Shown here: piece after piece, positions 53,969 to 64,000 of the stretch
Numbering within the stretch: position 1 is the first letter of the stretch
How the letters are laid out: every line of letters starts with the position of its first letter
DNA from: Octopus sinensis
Taxonomy: Eukaryota
Assembly: GCF_006345805.1 (NCBI RefSeq)
Contig: NC_043002.1
Span: forward strand, 48,050,001-48,114,000
Direction of reading: 5' to 3'
DNA length: 64,000 nucleotides
Position numbers and translations under genes: made by a program
The notes under the pieces: generated by a model
What the model saw: the letters and a program-made list of their open reading frames with translations, nothing else
Database searches by the model: none
What the model was told of the DNA's origin: nothing

Positions 53969-54734
53969 ACAAATATAATTCAAGCTGTAATATATGAAAA
54001 TAAGCGAATAGTAACAGTAGCCATATTTGAAGAGTTAAAATATCAAATTATGTAAAAATAAATAGTGTGATTGTGAAAAGTATTATTAATATGCGTACTT
54101 TTATCTAAATATAGAAATGCTGTTGTGGCCTACTAACAACTGAACGCATAATCTCGTATTATGTTATTGCTGGTCAGACTTGATCGAGTAGATCTATGAT
54201 CAAAATGAAATATAACCGCAAATCTGAGAGAGAAGGAGGAGGAAACGAATCTGTAGAGAGAGAAGAGGAAGGAAACGATCTGTTGTAAGAGGTGACTCTG
54301 ACGAGAATCTCAGGCTATATTAAAATAATCTCTGACGAGTTTAGAATCAAAGCTTTTAACTTAATTATAACAAAAAATTGATGGAATGTTCTGGAACGTT
54401 CTATCATCATTTTGACACTAACAACTTATCACAACCGCAGTGCGATATTATTGGCTAGAATAAATGTTGAAGAGCGTATATGTTTGTGTTAGCGGATTAA
54501 CATTTACAGTTATTTTATTACTAAATATGGTATTGTCGACAAAACAGTACCTTCTTTACATAGACACGTTGCAGATTCGATTCCCAAGAAAGCTGATCCT
54601 GTACAAAAGCATTTCTTCTACACAAGATATTCAAAAGAAAGTTCTAACAATAAGTACTGAAACAATTTTGTGTCATAAATATTTTAATGGCCAATATTTC
54701 TGTCGTATGTAAAAAAAAAAAAAAAAATTCTTTT

Positions 54735-56650
54735 TGTAATAATTCGAACCCTAACCGCTGGATGTTCGCATAAGCAAGAGATTGCAGACCTGTTTCAGAA
54801 TGACTGACAAGATCGCAATCGTCAACGTATAAAAGTTCCCTAATGAGTGAAGTAAAAACCTTCGTTTTGAATTTCAGTCTGATCAGATTAAAAACACTCC
54901 ATGTTGTTCGATGTTTTATGTAAATACCCTCCTCAGAATTTTGAAAATCATGTGATACTACAATAGCAAAGTATATTGCAAAGAGGGTGGATGCATCAAG
55001 ATCTTGCTTTATTCCATTTTCCAAGGCAAAAGATTCAGAGAGCCCACCACCAAAGTTAACTCTAGCTTTCACATCTTGATGTAAAGCCTTGATCATGTTT
55101 ACAAATTTTTCTGGGCAACCTCTTTTCCTTAGAATTAACCACAGAACATTTCGATTAACAGTATCGAATGCTTTGCTCAAATCAACAAAGCAATGGTATA
55201 AAGCAAGATTCTGTTCAATGTAATTTTCTTGTAATTGTAAAGATAAAATCAGCTGTGCCCCTGGAGGAAGGAAAACCACACTGAGACTGAGACACTATAT
55301 TTGGAACTATGAAGGTATTTAAACGTTCTAACAAAATGCGGGCAAACACCTTTCCAACCACAGACAAAAGCGAAATCCCATGAAAATTACACACAAATCC
55401 TTTGGTCCCGATTTATACAAGGTGACTAAAATGGCATCAACCCAGTCTGAGGCACTTTCTCAGTTCTCCAACAGTGACAATTTAATATATTTAAGAGTTC
55501 AAACATTTTGTCACCCCCATATTTCAAGACTTCTGCACACATTCCATCAGACCTTGGAGACTTATTGTTATTCAGCTTATTCACAGCTAAATAAATGTCA
55601 TTCAGAGTTGGTTCAAATGCCATCTCTTCTATAACTGGGAGGTGTTCGATTTTATTCTATCAACCTCATGTCAGCGGATGATGGTCTATTCAAAAGTACA
55701 AAAAAATGTTCTACCCTGCGCTTATGAATAGAAGCGGTGTCAGTCAAGCAAACGTCTATTTGCTGTTTTCACTGGAGCTATTGAAGATTTTGGGCCATAT
55801 ACCTCCTTAACATAAGAGTACAAACCCTTGGCATCATTTCTATCAGCTGCTTCTTGTGCCCCTTTTGTTCTATCATTCCACCATTCCTGTTTAATTTTCC
55901 TTAGAGCAGTCTGCACTTTCCCTTTCAGCATGCTTCGTTTGAGTTGGGGTTCAAGGATGGAGAAAGAAATCTATTGCCTAAGTTTTGTTTTTATAAAAGT
56001 GGATCATGAATTTCTGCTGATCTATCTGAGGACCAGCCACTGGACTTAAGTGATTTAACTCCCACTGATGAACTTGCAGCCTGAAATAGTTTTGTTTTGA
56101 AATCTTCCCATAGATTGTTTGGGTCAAGATTGGTACTTTCTATAGCATCGTGGAATTTTTGCAAGTTGCTTGATAATTTAAAGTTTGCAACATTTAACTT
56201 TTTGGGTACCTTAGGACCAGACTGTCAATTTTTAGGCATTATCGAAAAATCTATTTTTCCACGCACTAGATGATGGTCAGTCCACCTCTCTTTCCCTCTC
56301 ATGGCCCGAACGCTAGAAACATCTTTCGTATCACGTTTTTTGATCAGAATATAATCTATGAGATGCCAGTGCTTAGATCTTGGGTGCATCCAGGTAGTTT
56401 TATATTTATTTTTCTGCTTCAGCAGAATGTTGGTGACAACTAGATTATTCTCAGTACAAAGCGTAAAAAAGGCTACTCCATTTTTATTGCATTTTCCAAT
56501 CCCATGTCGACCTAAAATAGGCCATGAAACATAATCCTTTTCAACTCTTGCATTGAGATATCCCAATATGACCAGCTTGTCAAAACTTGGTATTTTCCTC
56601 AATAATTGTGCTAGTTCATCATAAAACTGTCGTACAGTTTCATCCGGCGA
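54735..56650 (-). mobile_element. BovB-like RTE LINE, APE plus RT, frameshifted, truncated at both ends
   Basis: LVILG.LNARV, GRHGIGKCNKNG, TWMHPRSKHWHLIDYI, WTDH; KSPRSDG; FVDLSKAFDTVNR, GIKQD, IRELLYVDDCDL. Confidence 0.9.
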
Positions 56651-56682
56651 GGATCAAGTTAGTGAACCTACTTATATATATC

Positions 56683-57025
56683 ATCATCGTTTAACGTCCG
56701 CTTTCCATGCTAGCATGGGTTAGACGATTTTGACTGAGGGCCGGCGAGCCAGATGGCTGCACCAGGCTCCAATCTTGATCTGGCAGTTTCTACAGCTGAA
56801 TTCCCTTCCTAACACCAACCACTCCGAGAGTGTAGTGGGTGCTTTTTACGTGCCACTGGCACGGGAGCCAGTCAGGCGGCACTGGCAACGACCTTGCTCG
56901 AATCTTTTTACACGTGCCACCGGCACAGGTGCCAGTGAAGCGACGTTGGTAACGATCACGCTCGAATGGTGCCCTTTTACGTGCCACGGGTACGGAAGCC
57001 AGTTGGCTGCTCTGGCAACGATCAG
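56683..57025 (-). mobile_element. Young RTE-tail-related element with internal ~70-bp subrepeats
   Basis: Minus strand ends catgctagcatggaaagcggacgttaaacgatgatgat; CpG intact. Confidence 0.7.
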
Positions 57026-57077
57026 ATATATATATATATGTGTATATATATATATATTCAGAGTGTACATATATATA

Positions 57078-57963
57078 CAAGGTGTCCCAAGAGTCACCGG
57101 TGGGTTTCAGTTTTTAATAACTTCCTTAACTTTACAAATAAATGCATGAAATTTTGATACAATATAAGAAACATAATGGCAATCAATATGCAACGAGTCA
57201 AATTTTGCAACACCTCTATATCACATATGAAAAATGACATCGCTTAAATGGCAGCCGTTTTCGGCTTTGCACGCTCGTACTCTTTCCAAATGTTGCACCG
57301 TAACACCCTGAAGAGTTTCAGACCCCACTTTTCTGATTTCTCTATTGATATTCTCCTTTAGTTGCACCAGGGTCTCCGGTTTGTTGACGTAAACCCTCCC
57401 TCTCAGGTATACCCACAAAAAAAAAATCCGGGCTAGTCAAGTCTGGAGAACGTGAAGGCCATTCAGGTAGACCTCACACATGGTTCCTGCAAGATGGAGC
57501 AACTGCTCATACCGCAAGAGATATAATGCGGTTGCTACGACAGTACTTTGGAGAGAGAATAATCTCCCGCTACGGCAATGCCAACTGGCCTTCACGTTCC
57601 CGGACTTGACTAGCCCGAATTTTTTCTTGTGGGGATACCTGAAAGAGAGGGTTTACATCAACAAACTGGAGACCCTAGTGCAAATGAAGGAGATCGTCAA
57701 TACAGAAATCAGAGAAGTGGGGTCTAAAACTCTTGAGGGTGTTATGGTGCAACTTTTGGAAAGCGCACGGACGTGCGAAACTGAAAATGGCTGCCATTTA
57801 AGCGATGTCATTTTTTTATTTGTGATGTAGTGGTTTTTCAAAATTTGACTTGTGCATATTAATTTCCATTATGTCCTTTATATTGTATCAAAATTTTATG
57901 TATTTGTAAAGTTAAGGAAGTTATTAAAAACTGAAACCTATCAGTGACTCTTTGGACACCTTG
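57078..57963. mobile_element. Palindromic non-autonomous Tc1/mariner built from two 3' ends of a DD41D (rosa-like) transposase
   Basis: TA|CAAGGTGTCC...GGACACCTTG|TA; arms 57078-57461 and 57586-57963 both encode WPSRSPDLTSP(D/N)FFLWGYLK.RVY; spacer encodes WFLQDGATAHTAR..FGERIISR; D-to-D spacing counts as 41. Confidence 0.85.
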
Positions 57964-57975
57964 TATGTATGTATG

Positions 57976-58028
<53 letters not shown>

Positions 58029-58098
58029 TATATATATATTATAGGATCTTTGTGGTTTTTGGACACCTTGTATGTATGTATGTATGTATGTATGTATG

Positions 58099-58129
<31 letters not shown>

Positions 58130-58177
58130 TATAGGATCTTTGTGGTTTTTGGACACCTTGTATGTATGTATGTATAT

Positions 58178-58212
<35 letters not shown>

Positions 58213-58215
58213 TAT

Positions 58216-58885
58216 AAGATCTTTGTGGTTTTCGTCATTGTTTACAATTATCTTTAAAATGCTTAATGTATCATATAGATGTCACTTTTGACACTGAATC
58301 TGAATTTGTTATTCAGTTATTCCAGAAAAATTTTGCGAAAATGCTACAGGTATTCAAAGTTTGATAATTTTCAGAATTTTTAGCCAATCAGAAAAGAGCG
58401 CGTTCGCTGTCTCTTCCATCATCGGGAAGTGGTGGGGATCGGCACGTCAAAGCATTAAACTAGCTACAGTAAACAGACAACATTCACGTGTAAATTAAAT
58501 ATTTAAAAGCTACGACCAAACAAACCAACAGGAGTTGCTAGAAATAATAGTTAAAACACAGTTTAAAACAGACTTTTATTTTTAAAAAATCAAGAACGAA
58601 ATTTTGCAATATACTCTAGGATTTTATAAAATAAATAATCTTTCTCCTCCTTGTGTGCATGCGCAGCATCTATGGTTACTATGGAAACAATTCTTCGCTA
58701 CAGTGACGTGTAAAATACTCGCTTTTCATTGGCTAAAATACCCAAATTTTGCAAATTTTAAAGGCAAATAACTTTTTAATTATGGATTTATCGGGAAAAT
58801 GAATTTCATTTTCATAATTAATATACAAGACTTAATCCATATACCAAATTTGAAAGCAATTGGAACAAAATTGTAAACGATGACG
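58216..58885. mobile_element. MITE with TIR cgtcattgtttacaatt / aattgtaaacgatgacg; right end abutted by a SINE
   Basis: Direct TIR match with one mismatch; a SINE head starts at ~58885. Confidence 0.55.
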
Positions 58886-59043
58886 CAGGAGTGACTGTGT
58901 GGTAAGAAGCATGCTTCCTAATCACATGGTTCTGGGTTCAGTCCCACTGCATGGTACCTTGGTCAAGTGTCTTCTACTATAACCTCGGGACAATTAAAAC
59001 TTTGTGACCGGATTTGGTAGACAGAAACTGAAAGAAGCCCGTC

Positions 59044-59045
<2 letters not shown>
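58885..59045 (+). mobile_element. tRNA-derived SINE
   Basis: gcaggagtgactgtgtggtaag..ggttctgggttcagtcccactgc..gaaactgaaagaagcccgtcg. Confidence 0.8.
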
Positions 59046-59096
<51 letters not shown>

Positions 59097-59098
<2 letters not shown>

Positions 59099-61465
59099 AG
59101 CAATAGTACCTGGCGTTGCACGGGTCAGAAAGTATTAAATATTTAGAGGGTCTAGTTATGTTGTCAGTCAACATTACAGCAGTCTGGACCTCAATCGGTA
59201 GTGCAAAAATGAATTGGGCATTCTAAAGTTTTATAGAGTTTTATTTAGGTTAAGTTTAGAGTTGACAATGCAATCTAACATCACTAAGTCTATGACAAAT
59301 AAGTGTTTATCCACCGTCCATGTAGTGACTCATGTTGCATACCTCTCTGTATCACTGTTGCCCGGTGCCATTCGATAATGCAAAGTTGTTGTGTGCTTTG
59401 CAATGGTGTGTAGAATTATATTTGGGTTTATCAGATGTAGACACAGAGAGTGGATCAAAACGTGTATTTCACAAGTGAGCATTTTTGAGGATTGGGCTGT
59501 TTAAACAATCGTTAAATATGACAGTCATTAAAATGGGAGTGGGGTTGATTGAATGTTGATTAGTTGTCATGATGTATAGGTAGTATCGTCGTTGAATGTT
59601 TGTCTACACCATTTATGTCGCAGAATTCCCGAAACTGCCATAGCGAATGCGTTCTATGTATCTCTGCCCTTTTCATAAGCCTCTACCAGTTAATTGGAGT
59701 GTAACGAACTTAGTGTGAGTGAATATCTTCTCTTTCGGGGTACAAGAAAGCAATCACTAGCCGTTGCTTTAATAATCCAGAATTCTACCAGTCAGAAACA
59801 ACAAGACGCAGACGTAAAAGATATATATACTACTTTATTCTCTTTCTTGGTAACAGTAACAATAAGTGGTTATCTGATGTCCTTGGTTCTGGGCGCGCAA
59901 GGCTGAAAGTTAATCGATTGTAATATTTACAATGTTCAGCCGCTAAAAACAGAACGGGTCAAAATTGGCGTCCGGAGGAAGAAGATGATGACTACAACAA
60001 TTCAGGTTAAAAGTCTTCGGCCGACTGCTATCAAATACGGACAGAGAGAATATACGTGTAGTACCTTCGATAGCCATGTCCCAAGTCCCCGCTGACTGCT
60101 GCTAGTGGTCAAACGTTCTACGACCCCCTTGCCTCGCTAAATGCCACGTAGGCAAAAGGGTTCTTCCGGTGGTTCGCGCATGCGCGAGAGGGCCCTTCCC
60201 TTTTCTGCCTTGGTAAAGGCACCAACACGCGTGAAATAGAAAATGGACGGTGCGCGAGCGCGCCGTTATAGGATCACTACAGGAGTAACATTGCATGCCT
60301 CCTTTGTGCTTATACATTGAATGTATTAGAAGCGCATAAGAAAACACTAATCGGTTGAAGTTACGTCCTTAAAGATGCTCGATTCCCCCTTAAGCTATTG
60401 TTGGAGTAATTATCCCTCTTTTTTTTTTTTTTGTTAAAAACTAAGAGGAGTGTAACTTAATAGGTTTCTCTTTGTGAAATGGGCTGATTGTGTGCTGTTA
60501 GTTTTAGAGTAAAATCGGATATAAAGCCCATTACACACGTCTGAGAGGATGATGTCTAAATCAGCTGCTTTGTGAAACTGTACGTTACCTTTTCACAGTG
60601 TAAACAGTTATGAAGTCTCATCCTAATACCTCTTGGTAGACAATATTTTTCGTTCTACCCTGGGGTGAGTAAACGAAGAGACTTTCCTTGCTTCTCACCC
60701 GGGAACAACCGACGTATAGTTGACCGTGTGAGAAGCATGGTTCATCTAAATGCAGCCCTGCCACCGATAGTGTCTGCCCCTGTGACTAATTGATTGACAT
60801 TGTAAAACATAGTCTAAGCGGAAACTGCAGACGGCGAAATGCAATGGGAATATCTGCACCAGAGGGAATGAAGGGGATTCTGTGGGTGAAAACGTCCTCT
60901 CCTTTGCCACAGCCGGACAAAATGGTGACTTCAAGAACATAATGCATAACCTTCTTAATAATCAAGCGTGTTCCATTGCAAAGCTTTGGAGGGTCTAAAT
61001 TCCTCAGCAGCATGACAGGAGCTCCGACTTTAACTTCCAGTGTATGAGGAGGTAGCCCAAGTGGGTCAAGGGAATTAAGAAATTGCACTGGATAGTTCAT
61101 TGCCTGGTCGTCGTCGGGTACAGAATCGACTGACCCGTATACGTGCAGCCTTCCAGGAAGCGAATGCAGCAACTTAGCATTGAGAGCGGTCACTGTGCTG
61201 TTGTTTTTTGGAGCCAAAATGGCTCTTTTGGAAATCTAATTCATGTCAAGGTAGTTCCTTCGTAGATTTGGGAAGACGTGTGCCTCTAGTTCATCGGAAT
61301 TACTGACAGTTCTCCGTTTTCATCGAGCGGAACAATACCGTTTCCGATTGACAATGTGTCAGATGCAAAATCTGATGCCTTCTGGGCACCACGAAGCTGC
61401 GCTCTCATGTTTGTTTTGAGAGACAATGTTGTAACATTTTGCCACAGGGGTGTGGGGACTTATTC
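59097..61465 (-). mobile_element. 5'-truncated Helitron derived from an autonomous element
   Basis: Helicase C-terminus at 60618-61460; 3' end cccgtgcaacgccaggtactattgCTTG|T (variant of CTAG) in (TA)n. Confidence 0.8.
60618..61460 (-). pseudogene. Helitron PIF1-like helicase C-terminal fragment, frameshifted
   Basis: LWQNVTTLSLKTNMR, YPVQFLNSLDPLGLPPHTLEVKVGAPVMLLRNLDPPKLCNGTRL, RLQFPLRLCFTMSIN, SQGQTL, FSHGQLYVGCSRV, TKNIVYQEVL*. Confidence 0.92.
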
Positions 61466-61608
61466 TTTTCGGTAATTCAAGAAAGCCACTTTTATTTTTT
61501 GTTTTGTTTTAATTTCTCTATTATTGTTGGATTCATTTTTAATTATATTGCTATACTCAAAGATTGCTGATAAGCTAAAGATCGAGTAACATTGTAACAC
61601 ATATCTTA

Positions 61609-62082
61609 AAAGACAGAACGAAGCAAGCATCATCATTGTTTTAACATCCATTTTTGCATGGTTGCAAAGGACAAACGAAATTAGTTGAGGTAGATTATAT
61701 TATATATTAATGAATAATAATAACAACAACGATAATTAATAAACATCTCAAATTACCTGAAATGAAGTAGCTAATGTGTGAAGCCATAACAGATTTGCTA
61801 ATGATGATTAATACTCAAATTTCTGTTTGTGAGCTTATAAAGTTCTAACTTTATAAGCTCACAAACAGAAATTTGAGTATTAATCATCATTAGCAAATCT
61901 GTTATGGCTTCACACATTAGCTACTTCATTTCAGGTAATTTGAGATGTTTATTAATTATCGTTGTTGTTATTATTATTCATTAATATATAATATAATCTA
62001 CCTCAACTAATTTCGTTTGTCCTTTGCAACCATGCAAAAATGGATGTTAAAACAATGATGATGCTTGCTTCGTTCTGTCTTT
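61609..62082. repeat. Perfect palindrome: 236-bp arms, 2-nt spacer (ct, 61845-61846)
   Basis: Checked block by block: position x pairs with 123691-x with no mismatch or indel from 61609 to 61844. Confidence 0.98.
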
Positions 62083-62246
62083 GGAGCAAGAAATAATGAA
62101 ATGAATTTTCTTAGCCAGTATCCATTTAGTGGACTGAAAATGAAGAAGTTTCTCATTCAAATGGTCAACCAAAAGGAAAGTATTGTCTCTAATTATTAGA
62201 TCTCACCTCAGTTATATGCTCTCTATCTGGTTTTCTCATTTGGTAG

Positions 62247-62381
62247 AGTTCATAATATTTTCACTGGGAACCAAAGTTGAGCAGGCTATACATTCTAAGC
62301 AAATCATTTGGAGTGTCTGTACTTTATTGCATATCCAAAGAGAACACCATGCTTTTGAAACAATTAGAATATATGCGAAGG
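62247..62381 (+). CDS. Weak candidate 135-nt exon (xFIIFSLGTKVEQAIHSKQIIWSVCTLLHIQREHHAFETIRIYAK)
   Basis: ggttttctcatttggtag| acceptor and AGG|gtaaga donor, open in phase 1-1, in CpG-depleted sequence. No homology recognised. Confidence 0.2.
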
Positions 62382-64000
62382 GTAAGAGGATATGGTTCAT
62401 AATGGTTTTGTAAGTCAAATAAATTCCATTTTCTTTTTAGTAAATGAGCTGAGGTAAAAATGATTCAAAGCAAATACCACACAGAAAGAAGAGAGTTAGA
62501 AGCAACTCAGAAGGATGAATTTTAGGACATCAGTTCTTTCAGTCTCAGTTCACATATCAATAATATCAAATATGAAATAAATGGTACTGTTATTGTCTAT
62601 ATCGTTAGCTACAAAAGTCACTTGCCCAATTCTATCCATTTAACTAGCAGATACCCTGAGTTTTAGAGACACAACAGCAATATTAATTACCTTTGATGGT
62701 TGGCCTCATGAGAAAGCTTCTGCATTGTCACTAGACCTGTCTGGAATAGCAGCCAAATTTTTGTTAAATCATTCTTTATTCTATTTTTAAAATGTTGGGA
62801 TGGTTATGATTAGAATGCCTTTGATCATAGGTCTGGTCAATTAAGGCTGACTTGGAGCTAAAAAAATAAACTATTGATCTTTCAAGACTTGAACTCTATT
62901 GGAAAGTTGAAATTAATTCAAGATAATGTAAAAAATATGTTGGAATTGTCACATATTTCATTTGGCAGAGGCACATTATGACTTTGAATTAATTAGTTCT
63001 AACATATTGAACTTTGATGGGAATATTTTTCCATGTAACTTATCATAGAAGGTTGTGAACAACTCACTAAATTGACTCAAATAGATTGTACACCAATGCA
63101 TTTATAACAGACTGCAAAGTTGCCAAAATTATAATTAAATGTGATTGTAGTGAGGTAAAGTATGTGTCAGGCAATTGTTTAGGCTAATAATAGCAGTTTA
63201 TGAATGATTGCACATTAGGAAGTACAAATCAACAATTGTATTTTGGGCTACTCTTACCCAATACCAAGAATGGAATGATTACTTGTCTAGTTTAGGCTCA
63301 ATATTTTTTGTAACTCAGAGCTCAAGATGAGTACTGCAAAATTGAACAGAATGAGGACATTAAAGTTATTCATGATTGTAAACATTAAAAACTTGTTTTT
63401 AATGTATTTTGAGACATACTGCAAATGTGTCTAAGCTTAAAAACAGAGAGAACATAGCATTTGAAGTTTAATTTTTATAGATTAGATTTAAAACCAGTTA
63501 AATGCATTAGCAGAAAACAATCTAGTTGACTTTATAGAATCTGTTACTTAAAGGCAAACAAGAATCATTAACATTGGTAACATTTGTCTGGCTAAATACT
63601 ATGGATATGTGAGTAAGGTTACTTCTTGAAGTAAAATGACAAGAAAAATTATTTGAGAAATTGCAATAGAAGCTATTATTTCCACAGAAGCATCACTACA
63701 GCAGGTGTCCTATTACAGTTAAATCATCTTACTGTTTGCATCAGTCAAGCTGTCAATGAAACTGAAAGAAATTACTCAGATAATGAACATGAATTCAGCT
63801 GAGTGATTCACACACCCACTATATTTCTTGCTTTGTATGAGATTTACTTTCTAGTCAAATGACAAATCATTATAATGTATAGTTACAAATATTGGCTGTT
63901 TCTCATTATGCATCTCAAAAAATTGCTCATTGTACTATATTCAACCACAAATTAGAAATAAAGTATACAAATGACAATAGGATTATTTCATAATAATAGC

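Noticed and set aside
54285-54424. TGTT...AACA segment resembling a solo LTR
   Set aside because: Only ~140 bp, with no TSD, PBS or PPT.
10686-59174. Dozens of 60-180 aa ORFs rich in YI/CV/HT
   Set aside because: Translations of (TA)n, (CA)n and (TATG)n microsatellites.
1-64000. CRISPR arrays, operons, prokaryotic or viral systems
   Set aside because: No repeat-spacer arrays or dense coding; the sequence is intron- and repeat-rich eukaryotic DNA.

Overview
AT-rich, microsatellite-saturated animal DNA, most likely an octopus or other coleoid cephalopod (inferred from the abundant tRNA-derived SINEs, RTE-type LINEs and (TA/CA)n load). Nearly all ORF-track entries are microsatellite or repeat artefacts. 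Supported content: decayed RTE, Penelope-like, CR1/L2 and CRE-like retroelement fragments; mariner/Tc1 fragments (DD34D-type, maT-like, DD41D); four Helitron pieces, one with a PIF1-type helicase; several MITE/foldback families; many SINEs; and one 5S rRNA copy that is probably a pseudogene. A CpG-depleted domain at about 1-34 kb looks like the body of a minus-strand gene, with a candidate first coding exon at 29851-30086 encoding a hydrophobic signal anchor and a putative promoter near 36.5 kb; the protein is unidentified. About 35-62 kb retains CpG and looks intergenic. The most striking structure is a perfect palindrome (236-bp arms, 2-nt spacer, 61609-62082) at the right CpG boundary, next to a 5'-truncated Helitron. 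It is one of several fold-back inversions, including an RTE twin-priming-like hairpin and a head-to-head DD41D transposase palindrome. I found no convincing new coding system; any novelty lies in these structural, dsRNA-forming features, and assembly artefact must be excluded first.
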